Shown: positions 19,393 through 31,100, counted from the first letter of the stretch. The stretch is DNA of 64,000 bases from Trichormus sp. ATA11-4-KO1 (GCA_019358915.1 JAHHIM010000001.1:64001-128000), one strand, 5' to 3'. Translations and numbers: made by a program. Notes: generated by a model from the sequence alone, not told the origin.

Positions 19393-20049
19393 ATGAGTGA
19401 GAGTATGGCATTTATCGGCGGAGTCGCCGTAGCTGGGCTGGCGGCTCTCGTATTGCTGAGGGGGGCAGATACTCCCCTGCAAAGTAATTTCGCTATTCCT
19501 GCGCCGCAAATGCCGGCTAATGTAGCGCCTCAGATGATGCCGCCTCAAATGTATCCACCTTATGGTGTGAATCCGTATTATCCTAATCCTAATCAACCAC
19601 CTGCTCAGAGCAATCCAGAGCAGCGTGTGGAAATGGAACGACTGAATATGCAGTTGGAGCGTTTAAAAAGTGACAATGAACAGCTAAGAGCGCAAAACCA
19701 ACAACTCCAGTTCCAGTTCCAAAATTGGAATAACCAGCAGATGCAATTTGCCCAGCAAAATAGCCAAAAAGTTGCAGCCGAAGTATTTAAACCACAAGAA
19801 CCTTGGTGGTCTTCACCCATGGTTTGGGCAGTAGGAGGTGCAACTCTTACTATTGGTGGTGGTGTTGTCGTCGCTGGGGTATTAGCCTTATTTTCACCAA
19901 GGCAGCGTCCCGCCCGCACCGTACAAGTTATTCATCCTTACCACGGGTCCACACCGCCCTTGGCTCCTGTGCGTCGCGCTGAATTTTTGCCTTCTTCTCG
20001 AGTAGAAGCAAGACGAGTTGAAGCCCCAGAATACGACGAAATGCATTGA
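19393..20049 (+). CDS. patN: heterocyst differentiation-related membrane protein PatN
   Basis: N-terminal hydrophobic segment, Pro/Gln-rich region, coiled coil, second TM; trpA-patN-kinase order as recalled from Nostoc/Anabaena. Confidence 0.75.
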   Translation: MSESMAFIGGVAVAGLAALVLLRGADTPLQSNFAIPAPQMPANVAPQMMPPQMYPPYGVNPYYPNPNQPPAQSNPEQRVEMERLNMQLERLKSDNEQLRAQNQQLQFQFQNWNNQQMQFAQQNSQKVAAEVFKPQEPWWSSPMVWAVGGATLTIGGGVVVAGVLALFSPRQRPARTVQVIHPYHGSTPPLAPVRRAEFLPSSRVEARRVEAPEYDEMH

Positions 20050-20050
20050 G

Positions 20051-20081
20051 AGTGCTGAGTGCTGAGTGCTGAGTGCTGAGT
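20051..20081. repeat. STRR heptamer tandem repeat (AGTGCTG)x4
   Basis: agtgctgagtgctgagtgctgagtgctgagt; same unit at about 14154-14170 and 43577-43607. Confidence 0.85.
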
Positions 20082-20185
20082 AAAAAGCTCAGTACCCAGT
20101 TCTTTCGTATTTATTTATGTTCATATAGTTTGGTTTTTCTTTTTCGGATACATTCACTACTAAATCAGGTACTATAAACAACTTG

Positions 20186-22057
20186 TCATCTGTGTTCCTT
20201 AGTAGATGGTTTTTCAGAATTGGGAGTTGTCTGTGACGACTGGTTTGGCTCAACTGGATTTTCTAAATTAGGGAATGCTTGTTTTGCCAAATTTTCGGCT
20301 GCTTTTTGCAATAATGGTCGGATCTTGCTGCGCCAGTATTGGGTATTGGGCAGCTTTTCGGGATTGTTTCTATAATCTAAAACTTTATCCCATTGACCAT
20401 TATCTATTGCTTCATTAATGTCATTAAATAAAGCCTCTGCCTTAGCCCAATCTTGCTGCCATTGATTAATGATGGCGCCTGTCTCTCGAATACCAGAAGA
20501 AGCATTAGCAGGAATAGACCGTAGTAAAGCGATCGCTCCTGGCAAATCTCCTGATTCATACTTTTGTCTGGCTTTTTCTACAACCTTTTCACTATTATCG
20601 GGCTGCGATCGCTCCAATCTATCTACTGGTTCTGGTGATGGAGTTGCTGCATTACTAGGTTTAGGTTGAGGCTGAGGAATCGGTCGAGATACAATCAAAC
20701 TACTATCATCTACTGTGTTAATAGCAATACCTTTGTCACGTAGGCAAGAAATCCACTGTTGATTATTGGTGATGACATCCGAGTGCGCCCAAGCCAAACG
20801 ACCAGACTTCAATTTAAGTTCTACCCAACCGCGTTTTGTGCGCTTACCAGTAACTTTAAAGTCAGTATTATTACCAATTGCCTGTAAAATATTATCAGAA
20901 TTAATAGAGCTAGGCTCAGAACGAATATTAGAATTACCTGCAACCACAGCTACGCAGTTGTCTGTGGCAGTATTATTACCCGTAAAACCAGCAGCGAAAT
21001 TTCTGATACTGGGATACACATTACTCGCCAAAGTAGCAGACCCACCCACCAAAAATAAACCAATTAATAACGGCCAAGGGTCAAATTTGCTAGATTCCTG
21101 ACGTGCTGGTTGAGCCGCAGGGTTGGCTGGTGCAACTGCAACGGTTTTTTGCCGGGATACTTGGGAGAAAGATTGAGTTGGTTGGTAACGTTGGTTGTAC
21201 GGGGGTTCTGGAGGTGTGGCAGATGTAAACACCGGATTCATCACGCTCCGACAAGCTTGCAGTGCTTCCCTTGCACTTGGGTAGCGGTCTTTAAAGTGAT
21301 AATGCACCATCTTGGTTAACACAGCTGCTAACCGATAGTTCACCGATGCTAAATGCTGCCAGAGGATTTCTCCTGTATGAGGGTCTTCTTGTAATTCAAC
21401 CGCCGATACTCCTGTCAGTGCTTGAATGGCAATGATACCAAGAGAATAAATGTCACTATTGGGTTTAGGTTTACCTTGCCCTTGTTCCGTAGGCATATAG
21501 CCAGGAGTCCCAATGGCTACTGTGGCAGTAGGTTGTCCACCAACCGTCACCATTGGTGTCCGCAACTGCTTTACTGCCCCAAAGTCTACTAAAACTAACT
21601 TATGGTCAGAGGCACGACGGATGATGTTATCTGGCTTAATATCACGGTGAATCACACCTTGACTGTGAACAAACTCTAGGATTTCTAAAATTTCTTGCAA
21701 CATTTGAATGACTTGGCTTTCACTCCAACGTTGACCGGGTATGAGTTCCTCAGCTAAGGTTTGTCCGGCAATAAATTCTTGTACTAAATAAAATTCTTGG
21801 TTTTCATCAAAGTAAGCCAGCAGCCTGGGTATTTGGTCATGATTGCCTAAATTTTCTAAGGTTTCGGCTTCGCTGTTGAACAAACGCTTGGCAGTCTCAA
21901 AAACTCTGGGGTCGGAACTTGTGGGTTTGAGGTGCTTGACAACACAAATAGGGTTGCCTGGCCGCCTGGTATCTTGGGCAATATAAGTTTGACCAAATCC
22001 TCCCTGAGCCAGGACTTTAATCACTTGGTAACGATGGTCTAGCAACTTGCCTATCAT
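20186..22057 (-). CDS. Ser/Thr protein kinase with TM segment and C-terminal SH3-like region (PknC-like)
   Basis: AQGGFG, HRDIKPDN, DFG, GTPGYMP; TM near aa 330-345; SNIRSEPS..GWV..GRLAW SH3b-like. Confidence 0.9.
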   Translation of the reverse strand: MIGKLLDHRYQVIKVLAQGGFGQTYIAQDTRRPGNPICVVKHLKPTSSDPRVFETAKRLFNSEAETLENLGNHDQIPRLLAYFDENQEFYLVQEFIAGQTLAEELIPGQRWSESQVIQMLQEILEILEFVHSQGVIHRDIKPDNIIRRASDHKLVLVDFGAVKQLRTPMVTVGGQPTATVAIGTPGYMPTEQGQGKPKPNSDIYSLGIIAIQALTGVSAVELQEDPHTGEILWQHLASVNYRLAAVLTKMVHYHFKDRYPSAREALQACRSVMNPVFTSATPPEPPYNQRYQPTQSFSQVSRQKTVAVAPANPAAQPARQESSKFDPWPLLIGLFLVGGSATLASNVYPSIRNFAAGFTGNNTATDNCVAVVAGNSNIRSEPSSINSDNILQAIGNNTDFKVTGKRTKRGWVELKLKSGRLAWAHSDVITNNQQWISCLRDKGIAINTVDDSSLIVSRPIPQPQPKPSNAATPSPEPVDRLERSQPDNSEKVVEKARQKYESGDLPGAIALLRSIPANASSGIRETGAIINQWQQDWAKAEALFNDINEAIDNGQWDKVLDYRNNPEKLPNTQYWRSKIRPLLQKAAENLAKQAFPNLENPVEPNQSSQTTPNSEKPSTKEHR

Positions 22058-22221
22058 ATTTTCCCCTCAGAGTTATTACTTAATTTTGCTGATGGTAATA
22101 AATATCTCCAAATTTTCTTGAATGAAATCCGCTATCTTGAGATAAAGATTTAAACTAAAAAATTAGTTTTTTAATAAACGCAGACTGTTTATTTGTCTTT
22201 TAGTGCCCCTGTTTAATACCA

Positions 22222-22710
22222 ATGCCACCGAGAATAACCAACCCAGTCACATGGCAGCAGGCTGAACTCCTCATGCAACCTGCTTTCATTCGTGTTGTGG
22301 ATAATATCCGTAAACATCTTGATGCATCTACTTGGAAGGGAACTTACCATGATGTGCTGATTTGGCCAGCTAGCACCACTGATGAAATTAAAGCTTTGGT
22401 AACTCAGCTGTTGCAAGAAATGGAAACCGCAACATCAGAACAGGCAGATGCCATCAGAGATACTCTTGCTGATCTGCCAACGCCCCATCCAGGATATCAT
22501 CTGCGTTTGCAACGTCAACAGCAACACGTAAGTATAGATTTGTGGGAACTATGTTATCAAGTGTGTTTTCTAGATTACACACCGGAAAATGAAGCAGCTA
22601 ACATTGATACTAGTTTAATTGATGAAGTGGGTGAAGTAGATTGGCAGCGTTTGGAAGATAAGACTAAAAATTTAGTTAGACAGGCGTTTGCAAATTTGCC
22701 AAATGATTAA
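22222..22710 (+). CDS. conserved cyanobacterial hypothetical protein
   Basis: WQQAELLMQPAFIRVVDNIRK, DLWELCYQVCF, VDWQRLEDK. Confidence 0.8.
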   Translation: MPPRITNPVTWQQAELLMQPAFIRVVDNIRKHLDASTWKGTYHDVLIWPASTTDEIKALVTQLLQEMETATSEQADAIRDTLADLPTPHPGYHLRLQRQQQHVSIDLWELCYQVCFLDYTPENEAANIDTSLIDEVGEVDWQRLEDKTKNLVRQAFANLPND

Positions 22711-22829
22711 TAAGCTTAAGTTAAAATTTATACAAGGACACTTTCAAAAGTATATTCTGAGGTCTGGGAGGCTAGAAAAGTATTAAAGGATGTTTTAAAG
22801 GTTGCAGCAAGGAATTCAGCACTAAATTT

Positions 22830-23054
22830 ATGGCAGATGTCACAGATGCATCAAAAGTAATAGCTCCAGTAAATTTACAGTCACAAGCAGACGCAGAACT
22901 TGATCGCCATCTGCGAGAACTTAAGTTTAGACAGGAACTTAGAAAAGATTGGATTTTATTTATTGTCAGGGATGTAGTAATTTTTTCGGCGGCGATCGCT
23001 TTTATTTTTGTTATCTGTGGCTATTCTTTATTCACCTTGATTAGCAGGCATTGA
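22830..23054 (+). CDS. small hypothetical membrane protein
   Basis: 74 aa with C-terminal hydrophobic helix. Confidence 0.6.
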   Translation: MADVTDASKVIAPVNLQSQADAELDRHLRELKFRQELRKDWILFIVRDVVIFSAAIAFIFVICGYSLFTLISRH

Positions 23055-23174
23055 TTTTCTGCTAAGGAATGAAAATTCCATTGTGACTTTTTGATGACTT
23101 GTGCCGATTTCCAGAAGAAAAGCCCTCATGAAATGTCTGAGGGCCTGAATGAAATCTATGTCATATGTCACCTA

Positions 23175-23363
23175 TCAAGTGCGGAAACGTCTCTTACCTT
23201 GCCTGTGCTTGGCAATTTCTTTACGCTTGCGTTTTTCAATCGGCGTTTCAAAGTGACGATGCTTCCTCATATCTGGAAAAATCCCAGCCTTGGAAACTTC
23301 TCGTTTAAATCGGCGTAAGGCTGACTCAATGTGTTCATTGTCACCCACTATTATTTGGGTCAT
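23175..23363 (-). CDS. rpsU: 30S ribosomal protein S21
   Basis: [29 protein letters not shown]. Confidence 0.96.
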   Translation of the reverse strand: MTQIIVGDNEHIESALRRFKREVSKAGIFPDMRKHRHFETPIEKRKRKEIAKHRQGKRRFRT

Positions 23364-23497
23364 TATCTCTCCTGCTAATTTGACTTACTTAATAGCTCAT
23401 AAAAGAATGGTAAACTGCCCAGCTGACTCAAGTGCAAAAAAAGACAGACTCTTTTTCTGACCTGAAACTTCGCTGGTAAAATTTCAGGTTTCAAAGC

Positions 23498-23800
23498 CTA
23501 GTAGCGGTTACGTCCACCGCCACCGTATCCTCCCCGGTTACCAGAAGAACCTCTGTCTTCCCTGGGCTTGGCTTTGTTAACTTTGAGGTCACGACCCATC
23601 CATTCAGCACCATCGAGGGCTTCAATCGCAGCTGCTTCTTCAGCTTCGCTGCCCATTTCTACAAATCCGAAACCACGTAGTTGTCCTGTTTCACGATCAG
23701 TAGGTAGTTGAACACGCCTGACAGTGCCGTATTCTGCAAAAACAGCGCTTAAGGTGTCTTGGGTAACTTCATAAGAGAGGTTGCCTACATAAATTGACAT
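23498..23800 (-). CDS. RRM RNA-binding protein with Gly-rich tail (RbpA-type, cold-inducible class)
   Basis: RNP2 IYVGNL, RNP1 RGFGFVEM, Gly-rich C-terminus; rbp-rpsU operon. Confidence 0.95.
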   Translation of the reverse strand: MSIYVGNLSYEVTQDTLSAVFAEYGTVRRVQLPTDRETGQLRGFGFVEMGSEAEEAAAIEALDGAEWMGRDLKVNKAKPREDRGSSGNRGGYGGGGRNRY

Positions 23801-23839
23801 TGATTATCTCCAAAATTATCACTGTATAGAGATGTAAAT

Positions 23840-23909
23840 TTCGGAGAAAACTCTGTCAATACCAAAAGGGACAAGCCTGTCAATACTAAAAACAAAAATA
23901 CTCACCGAA
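23840..23909 (-). promoter_or_regulatory. conserved rbp 5'-leader boxes I-III
   Basis: On the minus strand TTCGGTGA (23902-23909), TTTGTTTTTAGT (23885-23896) and TCTCCGAA (23840-23847) match the boxes known from cold-regulated cyanobacterial rbp leaders. Confidence 0.75.
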
Positions 23910-24197
23910 TTAACTCTCGTTTTCTAGGATGACATATAAGCCAATTCTCCGCATCCAGTAGATGGTTAATTAACCAGTAATTATATGGGTGCGATCGCTG
24001 CAATTTCAACTGCCCGAGAAAATTTTAAGTGGTCAGCCTGTTTCCGTAAACCAACTACAACAAATCAACAGCAGTGATATTATCCTGGCCTTCCGACCAG
24101 TTCGCCGCCGTTCTGATGGTGTTACACTGTGCTTTGGCGAGTTTTGAATCAGTTCACCGCAAATTGAAGCGTATTGACTTCTCTCCACCCCATAGAG

Positions 24198-24462
24198 CTA
24201 CCGTGTACACACAAGTCTTAAAATCCTACCTAAACCTTGGTTTCGTGCCCTAGCCCTCAAATTAGCGGCATAATATAGAATTAGGACTTACGCACAAGTT
24301 ACGGAAGAATCGTATCGCAGAGGCACAGAGAACACGGAGGAATGAGAGTTAAAGAAGTATTTTGCGTAAGTCCTAAGAGTATCCCACTGACCAAAAATTG
24401 GGTATTTATGGTGGCTAAAAGAGTCGAAACCCTTACAGCCTATATTTGTGTGTACACCGTAG
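24198..24462. mobile_element. 265-bp MITE with 17-bp TIRs and 10-bp target duplication
   Basis: CTACCGTGTACACACAA / TTGTGTGTACACCGTAG (1 mismatch); CCCCATAGAG at 24188-24197 and 24463-24472. Confidence 0.88.
24281..24376. mobile_element. nested MITE with perfect 14-bp TIRs
   Basis: TTAGGACTTACGCA (24281-24294) / TGCGTAAGTCCTAA (24363-24376). Confidence 0.85.
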
Positions 24463-24682
24463 CCCCATAGAGGGACGGGGATTCCAAAACGTCAGTTGCT
24501 CAGCAAACAGCACAGCAAAATGCTGTTTGCGTAGTTTCTCGCAGGAAGATGGAGAATTTTGGGCGTGACCAGTTAAACTTTAATCAAGTTCTGATAATGG
24601 TTTGATAAAAACTTGGCAAACTCTTCAATTGAGAAAATGAGTTAGTGGTAAAATCTACTGAAGAGTTTATAAATATAAAGTA

Positions 24683-25630
24683 ATGATCGATCTTAGTATC
24701 GCTATATGTACTTACAATGGTGAAAATCGATTACCCCAAGTTTTAAATAAACTTAAAGAACAAATTCATCCAGAAAGCCTGAGATGGGAAGTTGTTGTTA
24801 TCGACAACAATAGTAAAGATAACACAGCGCAAATTGTACAAGAATTTCAGTCCAACTGGCCTTCATCCTCTTTTCTTAAGTATTTTTTTGAGCCAACGCA
24901 AGGATTAGCTTATGCCAGACAAAGTGCTATAGAGCAATCTAGAGGTAAATTTATTGGATTTCTAGATGATGATAATCTACCGGCTGCAAATTGGGTAGCA
25001 TCTGCTTATGCTTTTGGTTGCACACATCCTCAAGCAGGGGCATATAATGGTCGGATTCACCCTAATTTTGAAACAAATCCTCCCCAAAATTTTAAAAAAT
25101 TAGCAATATTTCTGGCAATTATTGATCGGGGGGCAAAAGCACATATTTATGAACGCCGTAAACGTGTACTTCCACCAGCCGCAGGATTAGTAGTTCGTAG
25201 AGAAGCATGGTTAGATAATGTACCTAATAAACTATTTTTAGTAGGCAGAATTAAAAACTCCATGCTGGCAAGTGAAGATATAGAAGCACTCATATATATT
25301 CAAAATGCTGGTTGGGATATTTGGTATAACCCTGATATGCTTATTTATCACCAAATACCAAGTTGGCGATTAGAAGAAAATTACTTAGTTTCCTTAGTCC
25401 GTGGTATTGGGTTAGCTAAGCATCATGTCCGCATGATTCGTCTGAAAGTATGGCAAAGACCTTTGTATGTCATCATGTATTTGCTCAATGATATACGACG
25501 GTTAATCATTCATTTATGGAAGTATAAAGGTAATATCAAAAATAATTTAATTGCTACTTGTGAATTAGAGTTACTCTCCAGTACTTTACTCAGCCCATTT
25601 TATTTATTCTGGCTACGTAAAAGCCAATAA
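24683..25630 (+). CDS. GT2 glycosyltransferase, HpsE-like (hormogonium polysaccharide family)
   Basis: AICTYNG, VVIDNNS, QGLAYAR, FLDDDN, SEDIE, GWDIWYNP. Confidence 0.85.
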   Translation: MIDLSIAICTYNGENRLPQVLNKLKEQIHPESLRWEVVVIDNNSKDNTAQIVQEFQSNWPSSSFLKYFFEPTQGLAYARQSAIEQSRGKFIGFLDDDNLPAANWVASAYAFGCTHPQAGAYNGRIHPNFETNPPQNFKKLAIFLAIIDRGAKAHIYERRKRVLPPAAGLVVRREAWLDNVPNKLFLVGRIKNSMLASEDIEALIYIQNAGWDIWYNPDMLIYHQIPSWRLEENYLVSLVRGIGLAKHHVRMIRLKVWQRPLYVIMYLLNDIRRLIIHLWKYKGNIKNNLIATCELELLSSTLLSPFYLFWLRKSQ

Positions 25631-25738
25631 AATTTTGATATTAAAGTAATTTTTTATTTGCGTTTTTGCACAATCAATCTGCTGATAACGACCAATATCG
25701 TTATAATTTGAACCACAAAAATTGGATATGTTAATAAA

Positions 25739-26830
25739 ATGACTATTTCTAGCCCAGAAAAAATTACAGAATATTTGCACCAAGCTTTAGGACAAATAGA
25801 CAGTTTTAAGTCATGTGCATTACTAGACTATCCAGACCATCCTAATATAGGCGATCACTTAATTTGGCTTGGTGGTGTAATTTATCTGACTAACGTCATG
25901 AAAACCCAGATTAAATACGCTGCTAGTATACATGATTTTTCTCCCAAGACTTTAGAAGAACAAATTGGTAAGTCTCCTATAGTTTTTCATGGGGGTGGCA
26001 GTTTAGGAGATTTATGGACTGAACACCAAAAATTTCGAGAAGAAATTATTGTAAAATATCGCGATCGCCCGATCATTATTTTACCTCAAAGTGTGTATTT
26101 TAAGAAGGATGCTAATTTAAAAACAGCAGCCCAAATATTTAATTCCCATCCAAACTTAACTATATTTATTCGAGATAATCGCAGTTACAAAATAGCCAGC
26201 GAAGCCTTTGATAAATGTACAATTATCAAGGCACCTGATATAGCTTTTCAAATGACGAATTTACCTAAAATTTCATACATTAAAAGTGTAAAATCATCAA
26301 TATTATACCACTGTAGAAAAGATAAAGAAATTAATCAGCAACAATTGAATAACAACACTTTTGAACTGCCTAATTTAGTTGTGGAAGACTGGATTTCGTA
26401 TCAGTGGAAAATTGGACATCCCACAAAAAAGTTAACGCAGTCTGTTGCTACCGTATATAGAGAAGTGTGGCAAAGGGGTTTAGCAACTCCCACAGAGTGG
26501 ATTTCTCGACAGAAATGGCAAAATTCGCATCCTGATAGCGTTAGTTTTAGTAAGCTATATCGACCATCTATGCATCAACGCTCTTTGAATTTTATGCACA
26601 GTGGTATTTACCAAATACAGCAGCATAGGCTAGTAATTACAAACCGCTTACATGGACATATTCTTTGTCTTCTTTTAAAAAAACCTCACATTCTATTACC
26701 AAATAGTTACTACAAAAGTGAAGCTTTTTATGAAACTTGGACTAAAGACATCCCATTTAGCAAATTCGTTAAAGATACGTCTCAAGTAAAAAATGCAATT
26801 CAAGAAATATTAGTATCAATTCAACTATAA
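25739..26830 (+). CDS. polysaccharide pyruvyl transferase family protein
   Basis: NIGDHLIW, HGGGSLGDLW, ILPQS, APDIAF, ITNRLHGHI. Confidence 0.9.
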   Translation: MTISSPEKITEYLHQALGQIDSFKSCALLDYPDHPNIGDHLIWLGGVIYLTNVMKTQIKYAASIHDFSPKTLEEQIGKSPIVFHGGGSLGDLWTEHQKFREEIIVKYRDRPIIILPQSVYFKKDANLKTAAQIFNSHPNLTIFIRDNRSYKIASEAFDKCTIIKAPDIAFQMTNLPKISYIKSVKSSILYHCRKDKEINQQQLNNNTFELPNLVVEDWISYQWKIGHPTKKLTQSVATVYREVWQRGLATPTEWISRQKWQNSHPDSVSFSKLYRPSMHQRSLNFMHSGIYQIQQHRLVITNRLHGHILCLLLKKPHILLPNSYYKSEAFYETWTKDIPFSKFVKDTSQVKNAIQEILVSIQL

Positions 26831-26845
26831 AAAACATATTGAGAC

Positions 26846-27979
26846 ATGAAGATTTTAATTCAACACCGTCATTATGACAATGAAATCTCTGGAGTTTTAA
26901 CTTATATTTATTCTATTATTCCCGAACTGATAAACAGAAATATAGAAGTCAAAACTATTTCTACAAAACAAGATAATATAACAAAAATTTTGAGTCATAT
27001 AGCCTGGTCTGATGTGGTACATATGAACTCAAATGATTTAACATTTGCAATACTGTGCAAGCTTTTTAGGAAAAAAATAATTATTAAATATCATTATACT
27101 TTTTATCAATCTATTCATACTAATTATGAAAAACTGCCATTTTCTCAAAGACTAAAAGTAGAGTTAAAAAGAACATTACCTAAACCTAACGCACCTTGGA
27201 AATGGAAATTATACACTGTTGTTAAATGGGCTAAACTAGCAACCCGCCTGTGTACAGCAATTTTAGTTGATTATCGTACAGCTTGTAGCAGTTTCTTAGG
27301 AGAATCTTGTGCATTCCCCTATCCAGTAGAAACTTTGTATAACCCTATTGAAGTCAAATATCAGCATCAGCAAAAAACCTTAAAGACTTTATTTAATCCA
27401 TATAAGTTTATTTTTGTAGGTAGATTAGATAAAGATAAGGGAGTTGATATTTTATTAAAAGCAGTACAAATTTTGCAAAATGAAAATCAAAAATTTCAAG
27501 TATTAATCATTGGTGAGGGAGGACAAACTAAACAATTGCAAAAGCTAGCATCTGATTTAGACATTCTCAATAGTGTTAGTTTTTTGGGTCAACTCCCCAA
27601 TCAAGAAGCACTGGCAAAAGTTCAAGATGCACTAGCCTTGGTTGCACCTTCTCGCTGGCAAGAACCAGCTGGTTATGTAGTGCTAGAAGCCTCTAGTGTT
27701 CAAACCTGCTCTATTGTTTCCAGGATGGGGGGATTACCAGAAGTAGCTGGGCAACACAACATATTTTTTGAAAATGAAGATGTAGAAGGATTAGCCAACT
27801 GTATGAGATACTGCTTGAATAATCCAGAAGCAGCAATTAAACGAGGCTACGAGTCCAGCCAATATGTTCAGAAAAACTTTTCTCCATCTCTGATTGCTAC
27901 TCAACTATTAAAAATTTGTCACGACATACTGCCCACAAGATTAACAACAACTACTGAGAATTCCATCTCAACTAATTAA
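26846..27979 (+). CDS. GT4 family glycosyltransferase
   Basis: FVGRLDKDKGVD, PSRWQEPAGYVVLEA (EX7E), GGLPE. Confidence 0.9.
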   Translation: MKILIQHRHYDNEISGVLTYIYSIIPELINRNIEVKTISTKQDNITKILSHIAWSDVVHMNSNDLTFAILCKLFRKKIIIKYHYTFYQSIHTNYEKLPFSQRLKVELKRTLPKPNAPWKWKLYTVVKWAKLATRLCTAILVDYRTACSSFLGESCAFPYPVETLYNPIEVKYQHQQKTLKTLFNPYKFIFVGRLDKDKGVDILLKAVQILQNENQKFQVLIIGEGGQTKQLQKLASDLDILNSVSFLGQLPNQEALAKVQDALALVAPSRWQEPAGYVVLEASSVQTCSIVSRMGGLPEVAGQHNIFFENEDVEGLANCMRYCLNNPEAAIKRGYESSQYVQKNFSPSLIATQLLKICHDILPTRLTTTTENSISTN

Positions 27980-28102
27980 TTATCGACAGGTGGTTTACCG
28001 TAAACTTCCAGATGTCTTACTAACCTCGTTAACGTATGTGATCACAGTGCCAAATCGAGTTATTAACAGCTTTTTGTGAAACAGATTTTCTCCAATAGTC
28101 AC

Positions 28103-31100
28103 TTATTCTACTGCTCCCAAGATGTGTAAAGTTGCTTTCTGGGTCGCGGTTAAACCTGTAACACCTTTAATGTTCATCCCTTCATAGGGACGGGGCGATC
28201 GCAATGTCTGTAAACACTTGCCTGTGGCTATGTCCCAAAGCCGAATCGTTTCATCTTGACTTCCACTGGCGAGGATCTGTCCGTGAGGGTGGAAGGTAAC
28301 TGCCCAAATCCAATTCGTGTGCCCCACGATGGTGTTCAAACATTCTCCTGTATGGCTATCCCAAAGCTTAATGGTTTGATCATGACTCACGCTAGCCAGC
28401 TGATTGCCTTGGGGACTAAACTTAACATCGGTCACAGTTTTGGTATGTCCGTGCAAATTTTGTTGGCATTTCCCTGTTTTGACATCCCATAAGTTCACTG
28501 TGTTTTCTATACCTCCCCCGACCAGTTTTTGCCCATCTGGACTGAAGGCGATGGCACCAAACCAACTCTGATGTCCTGGTACTACTTTGAGAGGTTGACC
28601 TGTCTGGACATCCCATAAATAAATGCTATTATCGCTGCTACTAGCTAACAATTGCCCATCTGGACTCCAGGCAACTGAGAACACCCAATTTGAATTCCCT
28701 TCTAAAGTCTTGAGGCATTGACCAGTTTTGACATTCCACAGTTTTATTGTCTTGTCTGCACTCCCACTAGCAAGAGTTTGACCATCTGGGCTACAGGTTA
28801 GTGAAAATACAAAACTTGTATGTCCTGGTAAAGTTCTTAAACATTGCCCTGTATTTACATCCCAAATGCGAATAGTCTGATCGCAGCTGCCACTAAAAAG
28901 AGTTTGACCATCCGTACTAAAGACCAATGCCATCACTTCCCGAGTATGCCCATGCAAATGTTTTCGACACTTGCCAGTGGCGATATCCCAAATTCTAATG
29001 ATGTTGCCAGTATTACTAGCTAAAAGCTGACCATTAGAACTAAAAGCCACAGAGTAAACAAAAGTTGGATACCCCTGCAATGTTTTGATGCATTGTCCTG
29101 TGGAAATTTGCCATAATTTTACACTTTGGTCTTCGGCGGCACTTGCCAAAATTTGGCTATCAGGACTAAAGTCAACTGACCAGACACGACCAGAGTGACC
29201 AAATAAGGTTTGGATGCACTGTCCTGTATTAATATCCCACAAGCTAATTGAAGGCAATTCGCTGGCGATCGCTAGGTTGTGACCATTAGGACTAAAGGCA
29301 ACTGACCACACAAATTCAATTTGCTTGCCTTGTAAGGTTCGCCAGCATTTACCTGTAGCTACATCCCACAGTTTCACCGTTTTGTCTTGACTCCCACTAG
29401 CTAAGGTTTTGCCATCAGGACTGAAGGTAACTGACCAAACTCCTTGAGTATGTTCTGACAAAGTGTACAGACATTCACCCGTGCTAATATCCCAGAGTTT
29501 TACGGTGTTGTCGTCACTCCCAGTTGCTAGAATTGCCCCATCTGGGCTAAAGGCAACTGGACGAACAATATTTGTGTGTCCTCGCAATGTTTTCAGACAT
29601 TGACCGCTATTGACATCCCAGAGCTTGACTGTGTGGTCGGCTCTATTACTAGCCAGCAAGGTGCCATCTGGGCTAAAGTTAACTGACCAACCACGCACGG
29701 CATCTTCTTGTAAGGTGTGCAGGCAATCACCTGTGCTGACATCCCACACCTTGACAGTGCCATCGTCACAGCAACTTGCCAGAGTTTTGCCATCTTTAGT
29801 AAAGGTCACTGCCCAAACCCAGCCGAGATGTCCTTCAAAGCTTTGCAGTTGTTGCAAATTGTCCACATTCCACAGACGGACTCCACCATTGGCATCACTG
29901 GTAGCGAGGAATTTGCCATCGGGACTGAATTCTACCCACAAGATGTTCACCAGAGCTTCACTAAACGTTGATTTATTGAACTCGGCGTTGGTAAAATTTA
30001 CCTGCGGTAAGTTAGCGCCTTGAAGGTCAGCTTGCCAAATCGTTAAATTAGAAAAATCGTAGCCTGTAAAATCTACTTGCAGTTGACGCAGTAAGTTGAT
30101 TGTATTACCACTGGCGTATCCGGGGATTGTTGCAGATTTTTCCCGCAGTTTTACAATAACGTTATCAAGTTTTTGTTTAATTGCTGCTTGGGTTCTCAAG
30201 CTAATTTTTAACCTGCTCAAGATCGGTTGTACTATTACCCGGATCTGACTTTCTCGGACATAATCTTTGGCAGTAGCACATATCAGGGCGTAGGAATTGA
30301 ATAATTGGATGTTTCCCGTTGTCAGTTCCTCACAAACTTGATCAATAAGTTTCTTGATCATGTATTCCATGACCACAGTTTGTTGGGTATAGCTACCTGA
30401 GAGCCTTTCAATTAGCGATCGCCCCCGTAAAGACAACAGTGCTTCTAGCAGTTCCCGCTCGGAAATTTTTGGTATAATATCCTCTTGTAATTCCAGCAGT
30501 GTCACCCATTCCCGCTTCAGCGCTAGCCAGTACATTACTTGTTTTTCATGAGATGACAAGCGATGAAACTGTTGCTCTAACAGTTCCCAAATGTCGCCAA
30601 TGACAACTTGACCCTGTTGTGTAAATTCAGTAATATTCCCATCAAATAAAGTTTGAATTGTGGTTGCGGCAATTTTTAACGCCAGAGGATTGCCGGAATA
30701 ATAATGAATCAGCTGATTACATTCATCGGCGGAATTGACTAATCCCTTATCTGTAAAAATTTTTTGTGCTTCTGCTGGTTCCAAACCAGTTAGTTGTAGC
30801 GATCGCACCGGTAAGGTTTTACCTTCTCTGGCTGTGAAGCCACTTGGTTTTTCCCGACTTGTCAATACCAAACAACTTTGATGGGATTCATCTGCGACTC
30901 GTCTGCAAAGTTGACCATATTCTTCATATCCAGAACGATAGCGCCCAGCTTGTTCTCCACTCTGTAAAATTGACTCGACATTATCCAGGACAATCAGACA
31001 ACGTTGCCGACGTAGATACTTGATTAAGCAACAGATTTTCGCTTCTGTAGTTTCTGGTAAATTAACTTCTTGCTGCTGCGAAACAAATAAAATTATTTCT

